A stretch of 64,000 nucleotides of DNA from Isurus oxyrinchus (taxonomy: Eukaryota), in assembly GCA_026770705.1 (NCBI GenBank), contig JANJGN010000301.1, positions 186,001 through 250,000 of the forward strand, in the 5' to 3' direction. Under the pieces are notes generated by a model, which saw only the letters and a program-made list of their open reading frames with translations, was not told the origin of the DNA and did no database searches. The position numbers and the translations under genes were made by a program. Every line of letters starts with the position of its first letter. Within the stretch, counting starts at the first letter, position 1. This document shows, one piece after another, positions 23,723 to 35,402 of this stretch.

Positions 23723-25189
23723 CTATAGGATAAAAAAATGAACACTATCTTTTTGTTCAACCACTGTTTGTCCAGGAGAATCTGTCAATCGCGTGAATAG
23801 CTCTGCTTATTGCAGTAATTTTATTTGCTGGAAGCCTGTTTGAACCGTGTTCACTCTTATAAAAATATGACCAAGTGGGGAATGAGGTGATGATTTATTT
23901 TACATCACGAATTCTTCCGATCAGGACAGCACTGTCTGAATTGGTGTTGGGGATAGATTCAGTCGTGGCTTTCAAACGGTTAATGATCTGTGCTGGAAAT
24001 GTAAATACAAATATAGAGCTATAGAGAAAATTCATGGGCAGTAGGAACAATTGGATTGCACTTTTAAAGGGTCAGCGATGGGCCAAATGTCATCCTTTCG
24101 TGCTAGACAATTCTATGAATTATATTACATTCCCGTTTCTATTTTCCTTGATGAGAGGCCAACACGAGGGAGCATTTTATGTTCAGCGAGGCAACCAGTT
24201 TCCAAAAAGCATGTGTATTGGAGAGGAACACAGCTGCGTGGAAACACTGTGCACAGCAAGATCCAACACAAACGGATGGGGTTCATCAGCACCGATTGGG
24301 CCAAACCGAGAGTGTGCATCTCTCGTGGTGAAAGGTCAATCGTTCACTGCTGTTTAAAACTGCTCAGAAATTTCTATCTGCCTTTTGCTCTATTCCTTTA
24401 TGTTCTATCAATAGGGTCCAATTTTCTCCAGTTCAGCTTAATTTCAAATAGGTGCAATTAATTTCATTTTATTTCTTTAATTTTACATTCCCTTTATTTG
24501 ACATTTATTTTGTGCTGTTTGTACTTTTTGCAACCGTGGGAACTTGCCCCAAAGTTTCGCAGTTGTCTGTTCAGTTTCCACAGTGGTTTTACTGTTACTC
24601 ACTGGGAACTGCCTCTTCCAGTTCTCTGAAAATTTCAATCTTTCCTCCCATTGACTGATTCTCTCCCCGGTTCACTGGGTGGAGTTTTCTCTCAGTTTTA
24701 CATTATAGAGGAAGAAGAGTGCAGAAGAGGAATGGGCCATTCAGCCTGTGTATACAATCAATTCCAGCCGGACCCCACCAGAAATCTAATTGACCATTTA
24801 CATCCAGCTCCCTGTGTTGGCCTGTTCCGTTCTCCCTCCTGTATTTCCAAGTGTTCCAATAAATATATCAATACTATCCCCAACCTCTCCCTGTGGCAGC
24901 AAGTTCCACATTCTAACCTGCCTTTGTTTCAATTCATTTGTCTTAAATATTTTATTTGTTATGTTAATGATTGTTATACGATGACGGATGTTGCCTTGGA
25001 CTCAGCCACAAATGAACAATTTCTCCACCATAAAACCGTTCATTATTGAAAAGATTTCTATGGATTCTCCTTGTAGTTCTGTTTTTCAGAAAAAAGAGAC
25101 CCAGCCTGTTCAATCTTCCCAGAGAGATGTTGATTGTTGCTGATTTCTTTTCTCAGGAGTGTAAGAAATCAAAGCAGAGAATCTAATCA

Positions 25190-25730
25190 ATAGAAGCAGG
25201 AGTCGCCAGATCACCTTTCAAACCTGCTCAGTCATTCAGTAATATCCTGGCTGATTTACAGCCTCAACATCACATCTCCGCATTCTCCCCATATCCCTGA
25301 TATTTTAGTGTCCGCAAACCAATCAAATATTGTCTTCAATGCAAACAGATACTGAACATCCATAGCGCTCTGATTTACAGAATGCAACAGATTCACAACA
25401 ATGGTTCGACTGAAGATTTTTTTGCTTCTCAGTTCTAATGGATGACTCTTTATTCTGAAGCTGTGACCCCGAGTTCTATACTCCTCAGTCTGGGGAAACT
25501 CCGAGCCAGAATCTGCCCTGCCAAAACCCTTCAGTACATTATATGTTTTTGTGAGATCACCTCTCTTTATTCTAAACTCTGGGAAATATAGACCGAGGCG
25601 ACTAAATCTCTTCCCAATGGACAATCCCTTCATCTCAGGAATCAGTCTGAAGAAGATTTGTTGCAATCCTTCCAATGCAGGTTGATCTGTCTTCTGTAAG
25701 GAGAACAGAATTTTACACAGCATTCTGGAC
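25190..25730 (-). mobile_element. CR1 LINE 3' fragment in the J-to-Vdelta intron
   Basis: ORF 25256-25723: RLGLYFPEFRIKRGDLTKTY...RTRGHSFRIK. Confidence 0.85.
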
Positions 25731-26638
25731 TGGAGTCTATTTCAAACCTTCACTCCATAAACCTCACCCACCACCCTGGGGTCGGATTGTACTTTGAAAG
25801 GCGCCCAGAATTCATCCAGTCCTTCTCTCCCTTTCAATTAATTATTTCTTGCTGGTTATCAACGAACGTTCCCCCAGTTTATAATTGTTTCCTTCTGTCC
25901 CTGTACTCATTCATAAGATTATTGCATTACCCTCACTCGCTCACTGCACTGTGTTGATTGAATTCATAGTAATCAGGGATACAGATAAATTATTGCAATC
26001 CCATCTTTCAAACATCTACATTCAAGATAGAGAAGTGCCTGCAGTTCCAATCATTCATATTTCGGTCTGAAGGCAGAAAAGGAGGAAACTGATTGGTTAT
26101 ATGGAGGCAACTGAAAGAAATGGAGGGGACAATGTCACAAATTTCAGTCACTGATTGCCCAATAATAAAATTCCATCTGGACCCATATCAGGATCTCTTA
26201 TATCTGGAGTCCGTTGTGTCACTGTCCCGTTTTTCTCCCGGGTCAGGTGTTGAACGAGCCGCTGCAGGTACCCGAACTAGCCGCAGTTGTGTTGAGTTTG
26301 TTCACCCGGTACCTCATTCACATTCCGCGGCTCGGACTGCAATCTGCTGCCCAGGAGAGAGCTCTGTGACCCCGGTCCCGGCTTCTAAGGGACAGACAGA
26401 GCTCCCTCGGTCACAGTTAATGCTAGGAGTGGGGTCCGGATTGTCGCCAACCTGTGCTCATTAAAAGTGATTCAGCGTGTGAGAGTCCGTGATGTTGATG
26501 TTGATATTGTCCCCGATGTGCCCATTAAACCAATAATGGTCCAGATTCCGTCAACTCCCACATCCCACCCAAACTCCACTGATATCAATAACATTACCTG
26601 GGACAGTCTGTAACGCGGCGTGGGTTGGAGTCACTTAC

Positions 26639-26691
26639 CGGCTGTGACAGTCACCACTGTCCCGGATCCATCCGCATAATCAGTAAACCAC
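26639..26691 (-). other. NAR-TCR J segment
   Basis: WFTDYADGSGTVVTVTA, then G|gtaagt; GxGT-xVTV J motif with an intact phase-1 donor. Confidence 0.93.
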
Positions 26692-26730
26692 CACAGTAAC
26701 ACCGCTCTTAGTCTCCCAGGTACAACAACC
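26692..26730 (-). other. 23-RSS of the J segment
   Basis: Read away from J: CACAGTA + 23 nt + ACAACAACC. Confidence 0.9.
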
Positions 26731-27045
26731 ACCGACACCGCAACCTGCCCGGAAATCATCATCAGACAGTAGAAACTGCGCAATTATTCAGCAGATTTAA
26801 ATAAATAAACAATATTCAACGTTTCAAAGTCTCTGTCGGTTCAAACTGTCCTTTGTGAGGCCCTGAGCACTGAGTAAATGGTCCCGGGAACTAGATGTTC
26901 ACTTCATATAAACCGAGAAAAATATCAAAGAAAGATAACTGAATGGTGGGAATTAAAATGAAATGTAACCAGATTCCAGCGATAATAACATCAACCCGAC
27001 AATTCACTATCCAGGCCCGGAGAATTTATATTTAAATTGCATAGA

Positions 27046-27118
27046 GGTATTTGCTCAGGTCTCTCCCATTGTGACTCCCCCATCCATCCACACAGTGTTA
27101 CAAAGTCAGTATTAAATC
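27046..27118 (-). other. NAR-TCR D segment (27074-27090) flanked by two 12-RSS
   Basis: Plus strand: GGTATTTGC-12-CATTGTG [actcccccatccatcca] CACAGTG-12-TATTAAATC; sense D = TGGATGGATGGGGGAGT. Confidence 0.88.
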
Positions 27119-27446
27119 CCCCGGGTGTTTGTTGAGATTTGTGGACATTAGTTAAACAGCGGAGACTGCGGTTCCCGGTTCCAGCTGTTAGACCAGAATC
27201 ACATATGGCGTTCGGGGTTTGCAACTGGGATCAGTCATTCCCAATCCCCATTCACTGACACCAATCCCGGGATAGACATCACCATCCTCACACACTCGAC
27301 ATTTATAAAACTCAAGATGTTAACAGCAATCATCCAATCTCATTATAAACTAGACTGTGGGGCAGAAGGTGTGAGGCGCAACTGTTGGAGTTTAACTGCA
27401 GATTAACTCCGCTTTTTCATTTGTTTCTGTGATAATCGGCAGAGAG

Positions 27447-27484
27447 AGTTTTTGTATCGCGGGAAGTCGAGGCCCATCACTGTG
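27447..27484 (-). other. 22-bp-spacer RSS of the NAR-TCR V
   Basis: CACAGTG + 22 nt + ACAAAAACT. Confidence 0.92.
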
Positions 27485-27956
27485 TGTCGTACTGGTACCG
27501 AGCTTTACAGTAATAGGTGGCGGTGTCCTCAACTCTCACATCCTGAATTTCCAGCGAAAATGTCTTTTGTGCTTTATTCACCGAAACAATAAATCTCCCC
27601 CAGGTGGAGATCCGAACCCACTATGTCCCGGTCTGGGTTTGTTTGAAGAAATGTCCCGTTTGAAAATAATGCCACGAAGCAGCGGAGAAAACACAGGTGA
27701 TGGTGAGAGACTGACACTCCTTCCTGGTCACCGCTGCCGGGGTCTGTGTCACTGACTGACTGAAAGAGCCTGGAAATTAAACAGAGTTTAATGGACTATC
27801 AGAGCCGAACCACAGAACGGGGTTAAAACTCCGGACAGTGTCTGTAAATGGAATGGACTCGGGCAGCTTTATATTAAACCCACACAATGTCGGTTTGTTT
27901 GATCGGTACTCACGGGATAAATAGACACACAGGGTGAAAACATGGAGGATTCCCAT
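27485..27956 (-). pseudogene. NAR-TCR (IgNAR-like) V gene: leader 27956-27914, V exon 27769-27485, one in-frame stop
   Basis: MGILHVFTLCVYLS|R SFSQSVTQTPAAVTRKECQSLTITCVFSAASWHYFQTGHFFKQTQTGT*WVRISTWGRFIVSVNKAQKTFSLEIQDVRVEDTATYYCKARYQYD. Short VNAR-like FR2/CDR2, extra FR1 Cys, TAG at 27623-27621. Absent from the ORF track. Confidence 0.93.
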
Positions 27957-27980
27957 CGTTCTGCTGCCTGGAGCTGAGTG

Positions 27981-28082
27981 TTTATATGACGGGGAACTGG
28001 AGGCTGCAGCCCTGGACTGCACTGGGAGACCGGACCTCAGAGCTGGACTGAAGTACTTTAGGGGGATCGAGTTGATTTGCAC
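27981..28082 (-). promoter_or_regulatory. Candidate NAR-TCR V promoter elements
   Basis: Minus strand TATAAA (27986-27981) and octamer-like GTGCAAAT (28082-28075) upstream of the leader ATG. Confidence 0.35.
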
Positions 28083-28859
28083 AGGGCAGTGTGTTTGAGA
28101 TCATTGATGGACCGCACTGTTCTTGGGTCGCTGGCGAAGTGTATGTGAATAAGAGACATGTTTATAAAAGGAGGCTGCAATTTTCTGACTCTACATTTGG
28201 ATTGTGATCCAGATGTGAAAGCCCCTCCCACAATACTATGGTGTACAGGGGTGGGGGAGGGGAGATTTTCTTTCTGCCAGTTGTGCTGCCGCCTTCCTTT
28301 CCCCACAGTAATGAACTGGGAGGTCGGTGCCTATGTTTGTATTGGGTGATGCTTGTTTAAGGTGGAATGTGGGCCCAGGACACCAGGAGAATCCCCGCGC
28401 CCGGTTCTTACCCCAGTATTCCGGAGATTGTTTAACATCACCCTGAACGGGCTAGCAGGACCTCAGTTAGATTTCTGATCTGAAGGTCGGCGCCTCAGAC
28501 CCAGCATCTTCCCTGGCCCAGGTTGCAATATGAGGGAGTCCAGTGACATTACCAATATCCTGGCAGATGTACACAACATAGACAAAGAATAACTGGCAGC
28601 TCGTTACCTTACTTGGCTAGGTGGCTAGTGTCTGCTTCGGAATAATACCAATAGTACGGGATATGGAAGCTTAGGAACATACGAACAGGAGAAGGTCATT
28701 CAGCCCATCGAGCCTGATCCGCCATTCAATACAATCATGGCTGATCGAACACTTCAAAGCCTTGTTAAGCAGTAGTAATTCAGGGATGGCCGAGTGTAAT
28801 GCAAACAGACATGAGTAATGCCGCAATAAATGAGGTTGGGGCTCGTGCACCGTAAACAG

Positions 28860-29290
28860 AGACACAGGCTATTGTAGTATCAAGAGTGACATTATCTTGA
28901 GTAATACTGAGACAGGATGTTGCCTAACACTAATGGAGATGACATTTTGCAATAATAACTGAGATACCACCTTGGATCACATAGACAGAATTGGATCCTT
29001 TTGCAAATAACTGAAAAAAGGGACGAATGCAATATATAGTGAGATGTGGTCAAGTGTAGTTCCATTGGGACAGTGTCTAGTGTAATATAAGCATAAGCAT
29101 TAAAATATTGTAGTCAGTAATAACAAAAATAGGGCCTCTTCTAACATAAGTGGAGGCCTATCTAATGCAGTACTAGCTAAGACATCATCCAGTGCAGTGC
29201 AGTAATAAATGAGGTGACGTCTGGTTTAATATAAACAGAGGGATTGTACAGCGCGCTAATAAATGAGTATTGCTTAATCCTAGAGTAACT
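28860..29290. repeat. Degenerate patch of the 27-bp satellite
   Basis: aataactgaga / tctagtgtaatataa motifs like those of the 49-62 kb array. Confidence 0.5.
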
Positions 29291-31012
29291 GTGTGCAGCC
29301 AGACACTGAACTCATTCACCGAGGTGACCGTCACTCACGTCACAGTAAAGATGCTCAGATTCCTATACCACGAGTTTGTTTCATTTTAACTTGCTTTTTT
29401 TTCTGTTAGCTGTGTGCTAATGTTTGCCTTTGTTTCCCATTGTTTCCTTTAGCGTCATCCCCATTTTCCTGATTGAAATCCCCAGGATTCTCCAAATTTC
29501 ATATTTCCTGGTGTCACTGAGGAGCCTACAGACTGTGTGTGCATCCCATAACTTCAGTCAGTGTTAGTCTCTCTTGTCCATTTGTATTACACAGAGCACT
29601 GATGATCCCTTTCCCGCAGTTTACTGCACCAAGTGTCATATGGGAGAATAGCCATTATCAACTGTTTACTTTCTGTGCCTTTATATTTATAAATACATTT
29701 CTGCATTAATACCTTTCTGCTATTCTAGATTTGTACCACTAACTGTCCTCACCTCAGCATTATACATCTCTCTCTGTTAATATGTCTCTCTGCCACTCAA
29801 TGTAATCAATCTCACCTTCATTTATGTCCCTCTGTTAGTGTTTCACTGCATTATCACCACACTGAGTCTCATTTTTATCAAACTCCCTATGCATCGTCCA
29901 TCGTTCTTGACCTCAACTTTATATTCGGCATTGTGTAGGTGTCTGAAAGCATACAGACACAGGGCTAATCTGTAGACGAGGTATACAAATCTTTAACGAG
30001 TGAGACCAGACGACACTGAAATTACTCATCTGGGGGACCTCATTCACTGATCTTCACAGGTAAATCTCTCAGGCCTTTAACCATTGAGGCCAGACAGGCA
30101 CTGAGCCGATATACGATGGTGATGGTGGAGGCGGGGGCGGAAGGAAGGGGTTTCACTCACCGTCACCGGAACATTGTTCAGGTTTTAAACACTCGGTATA
30201 AAGTGTGGGGCTGATGCACCGTGGAGCAGGCGGCACTCGCGTGCACAGGGACAATGTTAAGATCTTCCTTTCAATCAATGCCATTGCACGATTCAATAAT
30301 TTTATTAATTCTCTCCTTTTCTGCTTCCTGCCTGGATTTGTTAACTTGATTTATTTATATCATTTCTGCTTTTATTTATGCTTCTCTCTCTCCGTCTCCC
30401 TCTTCCGTTTACAATCCGCAGGATCCCCCGCTGCCAGGCGGTGAGAAATTCTCCGTCTATTTACTGAATTCGCTGGACTTTCTTTATATGAGCAGCTGGG
30501 TTTGGGCTGCTGAGAGTGGTCGTGAGGTGCAGGGAGTCCCCTGGGGTTCGTGGGTTGGGGGTGTCCCGTGGGGGGAGTTGGAGTCTGAGAGGTGGGGGGA
30601 CTTCCTGGGAGTTCGGGGGTGTGGAAGGAGACTCGTGGGTGTCAGTGTGGCTCTGTACAAAGTTACTCAGAAGCTAGAAGTGGTTTTAATTCTAACTTTC
30701 TGGGCAACTCTTGATGTCGGACAGTCGGAACCATTCGAAGTTTGCAATGTAAATTGTATTTTCTGTTTGTTCCCAGTACAGAGCAATTGCCCATGGGAAG
30801 TTTCTACTTCCCGGACAATTGCCGTGTAAACCTTGCCTGGGAACTCCGGGCGGGGTGTTCCCCGGCGCTTCTTTGCTGTGTCCTCCACTTACACGGCCTT
30901 TTAGCTCGGAGGTCATGGCCCAACAGAATGTTACGGTTTTCTTGCACCTTTAACGGGGCTCCGCCTGAATATGATACGAAGGCTGAATATTTGCCCTTGT
31001 TTCCCGGTGTTC

Positions 31013-31030
31013 GAGCGCCCTCTGTTGAGC
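31013..31030 (-). promoter_or_regulatory. CTCF-like motif in a CpG-rich patch
   Basis: Reverse complement GCTCAACAGAGGGCGCTC. Confidence 0.45.
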
Positions 31031-32293
31031 ATTAACTGAGCCGCTCGTTCTAGCATTTTGACCGGGATCCGCCGGATCTCTGCCGTGGGGCTTGGCTGCG
31101 TCGCAGTTCAGAGCCTCAGCTCCGTTATCTTGGCAGTTCTGTTAAATGTAGAAGAGAATTGCCCAACAATGTCTGTCTTGTTGTTTTCATTCTCACCGAT
31201 CAGATTATTGAGGAGCTGTGGATGTTTTGCTCGGGCTGCTGACTATACCAGAACAACTGGTTATGGAGCAAAAATAAAAATAGTTGGAAAAGCTCCACAG
31301 GTCTGACAGCATCTGTGGAGAGCAAGACAGTTAACGTTTCGAGTCCGAATGACTGTTTGTATGGTTATGGAGATATGTTTTCAAGATGCAGATCACGTGG
31401 TGTTACTGTCGCCTTCGGCATCATTTCAGCTTCGGCATCATTTCAGCAACCGACCCGACCACTGTGTCTGGATGGCTCCATCCTAACATAAAGTAGTCGG
31501 GTAGATGTCATCATTATCAGGATCATCATCACCATCATTTCAAGTAGCTTCATCATCAGCTGCATCACTTTACAATTAATAACACGTGGGTTGCAGCTGT
31601 CAGGGGGAGAACGGATTTTTTCTGGGAAGGAAATACTTACTAAGAAGTGATATAATGACGAGGACCGGGTGTGATGTAATTCCCCATGATGCTCCCTGAC
31701 AGCCCGCCAAATCCTCTGTCAGGGCAGAAGTGCAGATCCCCAGCGCACTGTACTGTCGATCCAACCAACGTCAAATCAGGAACAGTGGAAAACAACTTTC
31801 CAAATCACAGGAAAGGCAAGGAAGGTCAGAGCGAAAGAAACGAACAGAACTATGGGGGAAGCGGCCGCGGGCACTGTTGTCACTCGTAAAATCTAACGAT
31901 AATGAGCTGAATTCAAAACTAACGCGCTCAACAGAAATTATATAATTCTGCCGGTCTGTAAGGGCTGCGTTACGTTCACAGACATTTCAAATCTGGGGAA
32001 AACAGTCTGGCGACAGGTATTAGAGGATTGCTGTATTATTCTGTAATTACAGAAACTTTCATAGTTGAAATCAGTTAAAACAAGGGGCTGAATATGTCGT
32101 GGGGAACAGAACAACTGGGCGTCCCATCCCAATGTATTGGAGCTGGGCTGTTGATTAATACTGAAATAAACTGCCCAATTATGGGTCTCTAAGGAAACGT
32201 CACACTAATGGGCATAAATACGAGATCAAACACAATTTTTCCTCAAGTAATTTTAAGAAAGTATTTGTCAGGAGGCGGGAATCCACGGCCTGA

Positions 32294-32312
32294 TGCGCCA
32301 CCTGGTGGCCGG
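32294..32312 (-). promoter_or_regulatory. Strong CTCF-like motif about 40 bp beyond a V RSS
   Basis: Reverse complement CCGGCCACCAGGTGGCGCA. Confidence 0.65.
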
Positions 32313-32350
32313 ATTTAATGAAGCTTATTTTCGCTGATCTCACAAAACAC

Positions 32351-32681
32351 TTTATTAGTACGAGTTGCCCCGAGGCCTTTCTCACTGATGGTCTCAGCAC
32401 ACAGTAATATACGGGGTTGTCAGCGACTTGAAGCGCAAACAAGGTGAAAGCAGCTATATAATTGGGTGTTTTTCGAATGACTGAAAAGCGACCTTTAATG
32501 TTCTTTCCACAAGAATGTGCCCGAATTACGAAAGCTGGAGCCGGGTTCTAGTTTTGACGATGAAGCTGCAAAACATAATTCACAACGGAAGTTGAAAATA
32601 TGCAAATTATGCTCATCGAGATTCCTTCCAGTTAATGGGCTTCTATTGACCACTGTCCGACTGAACCTCCAGAACTCACTA
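32351..32681 (-). pseudogene. TCR alpha/delta V pseudogene (exon 32681-32391) with degenerate 23-RSS
   Basis: Acceptor tttctgcag|, then VSSGGSVGQWSIEAH*LEGISMSIICIFSTSVVNYVLQLHRQN*NPAPAFVIRAHSCGKNIKGRFSVIRKTPNYIAAFTLFALQVADNPVYYCVLR; followed by (c)ATCAGTG-23-ACTAATAAA. Confidence 0.88.
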
Positions 32682-32749
32682 CTGCAGAAATTATTTCATG
32701 GTTAACCATGGAAACATAATGAACAACAGACAACGAATAGATGAATTAA

Positions 32750-33020
32750 TATATAGATGGAGGTATGGATAGAAAGATAGTTAGATAGATAGATACGGGC
32801 AGATGGGTGGATGGATAGATGGATAGATAGACGGATGGAGGGATGGACAGATCGGGGGTTGAAGAGATGGATGGATGGATGGACGGATGTAAAAACAGAA
32901 AATGCTGGAAAAGCTTAGCAGGTCGGACAGCATATGTGGAGAGAGAGACAATATTAACGGTTTAGTGTCCGTATGACTCTTCATTAGATGGATGGATGGG
33001 TCGGTGGAGTGTGGGTGGAT
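32750..33020. repeat. (GGAT/AGAT)n microsatellite interrupted by a Penelope-terminus-like element (32890-32985)
   Basis: Direct inspection. Confidence 0.75.
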
Positions 33021-34279
33021 GTGCCTGAAAAATGCTGTTCCACAATTTCATCTTTACGATTGACTGCTCCATAACTTGCAGCAGGTCCTTTATTCAATTT
33101 GTGTCTGTCTGGTGCTTTCAGTCCTTCCCGATTTTCTGGATCATTCCTTGGCTGTTGACAACTGACGAGCTGAACGTCACCAAGTGCAACCTGAAGATAT
33201 CCCTGCGGCACTGATGATCCTTTTCTGGTGATTCTGAATCTTCATCTCAAAGTTAGAAAGCGGTTTCATGACTGTGATGAGAAACGGGGATTATAATACG
33301 TGGAACCTGCGGCCTTTTCACGTACAACAAAACACTCAGCATATCCTCAACCAAATTACTTCAATCACAGCAAAAACACAGCAGATAGTTGAATACATAC
33401 ATTTTTCACATTTCCATGGCAATTTCTTGCTGTTCTGTGATTCCGGTGCAGTCACACCATTCTGAACACCACGGAAAAAACGTGCATGAACTGTGACTTT
33501 CTTTACCGCAAAATATTGATGGAAAACCGATTGTCACAATGAAATATATCCGATGGATATTACGGATTGTTGTCGCAAATTCAAAAGCCCTTAACCCCTT
33601 TAACCACACTCCCGAGATGCTTTCCATTCAGTACAATCGTGCAGAGAATCAATTCTTCACGAGTTGGATGGGTGAGGTCACTACTCCAATGAGATGTGCT
33701 CAGGATCGCCGCGATGCAGATTCTGGTTAGATCGGGCATGGTGCATGAACTGGACAGAACTGAGTCGGTGAAGTGGCTGAAGTGATATGAATCACAGTTT
33801 GAACATGAATACAGGGTCAGTTCTCTATGGGACGATATGAGTCCAAGCTCATGGTTTTCATACGGTTGCAGTTGCATTGTGAGACGTTTTAGGATCGAGA
33901 GAAGTGGTGTTGTGATTTGAAGCCTCCAACGAGGAATCAATGTGGGAATATTCAGTAATTACCTTTCCACACTAATTTCTGCTCTGAATTTATACCTTGA
34001 AACCCTTTGCAAATGTTCAAAACTACAGCAAAATGAAGTATTAATATGGTCGTTAATATCATATTGGGGAAATGTTTTTTAGGTAAACAGCACAGAGGTC
34101 CTTAATACACAATTGATCCTCCCTCATTGCAGAAGAGGATCTCTACCTTTAAGGAGGATAACTACCTGCTCTGTGCACATTGCCATTCATGTTCAATGTC
34201 CCACTATCAGGAGTAACTGTCGCTGTGCTAACTAACAGAAACAGTGACAGACAAATGGAGAGATAGTTCCAGATCCATG

Positions 34280-35402
34280 TGTTATGGCGTAGCAGATGAT
34301 ATGTGGCCAGGCGGACCAAATCCACAGGGAAAATGTGGTCACGCCATCACAAAGGTTTTCAATTTGTAATTATTTTGAGAAGATGAGTGAACTGCCTTCA
34401 CAGGTGACGACTCCACTAAGACATTTAGAGATTTTCAAAATTAAATTAAAATATATATTGACAAAATAAAAGATTTCAAAAACATACATAATTCTGTAGC
34501 AAATCCTAAAATTCTGAATTAACCTGACTTTCAGTTACACACCCCCTTTAAGGCAGCAGTGCAAAATCATAGAATCACAGAATCTCAGAATCACACAGTG
34601 CAGAAGAGGGCCTTCAGCTCATCGAGTCTGCACCGACACATGAGAAACACCTGACCTACCTACCTAATCCCATTTACCAGCACCTGGCCCTTAGCTTTGA
34701 ATGTTATGACGTGGCAAGTGCTCATCCAGGTACTTTTTAAAGGCTGTGAGGCAACCCGCCTCCACCACCCTCCCAGGTAGTGTGATTTTAAATTTCAAAG
34801 AAAACCAGCAAGTTAACCCAGTACTCACTTGGCAGTGGAATTGCAAATTGTTTGCTCCAACTTCAGTTACTGGACAGAGCTGGCTTATGCACAAAAGGCT
34901 AGAGGTTTCTTGAAGGCTGTTTCACACACTCCTGTTAGATCTTTCATGGCCCTTGCCTCACATAGCCTTTCATTCTCTTTTATGTAACTTTATCTCTCTT
35001 TAATATGTAAATTCTCGTGTTCCATATGACTTTGGAGCGGTACCTTTCTCATAATAAAGAAAAATTCATGTTCCAATATTATCAGTAACCTTTGGGAAAA
35101 ATAAACACACTCCTTAGCCTTGCTTAGCTGTCTATTTGTGAACTTAAAATCCATACATTCCCTTCATTTATGTAAAAAGGCAAACTCCCTTCCTTCCTTG
35201 CATGCTAAGCCAGCACCCATGTTTATTTGTTAGCATTTCAAACACATTTCTACACCTAGCTTCTTTTGATAATTCCAAGCTTGCAGTCTATCTGACTCCA
35301 AATGTATTTAAATCACATAAACAGAATCAAATATACTCACTCCATAAACCTACTTTCCTATAATCCAGATAAATATTATGAAATTATTATATTTTCGTAA
35401 CA
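34280..35402. mobile_element. Possible solo LTR with a nested minus-strand CR1 3' end (~34565-34780)
   Basis: Termini TGTTATG...CGTAACA form a TG..CA short inverted repeat; no clear TSD. Confidence 0.45.

Noticed and set aside
30160-30225. Minus-strand CACGGTG...TTTAAAACC with a nearby gtgagt donor
   Set aside because: The 27-nt spacer fits neither 12 nor 23, and there is no J or V motif
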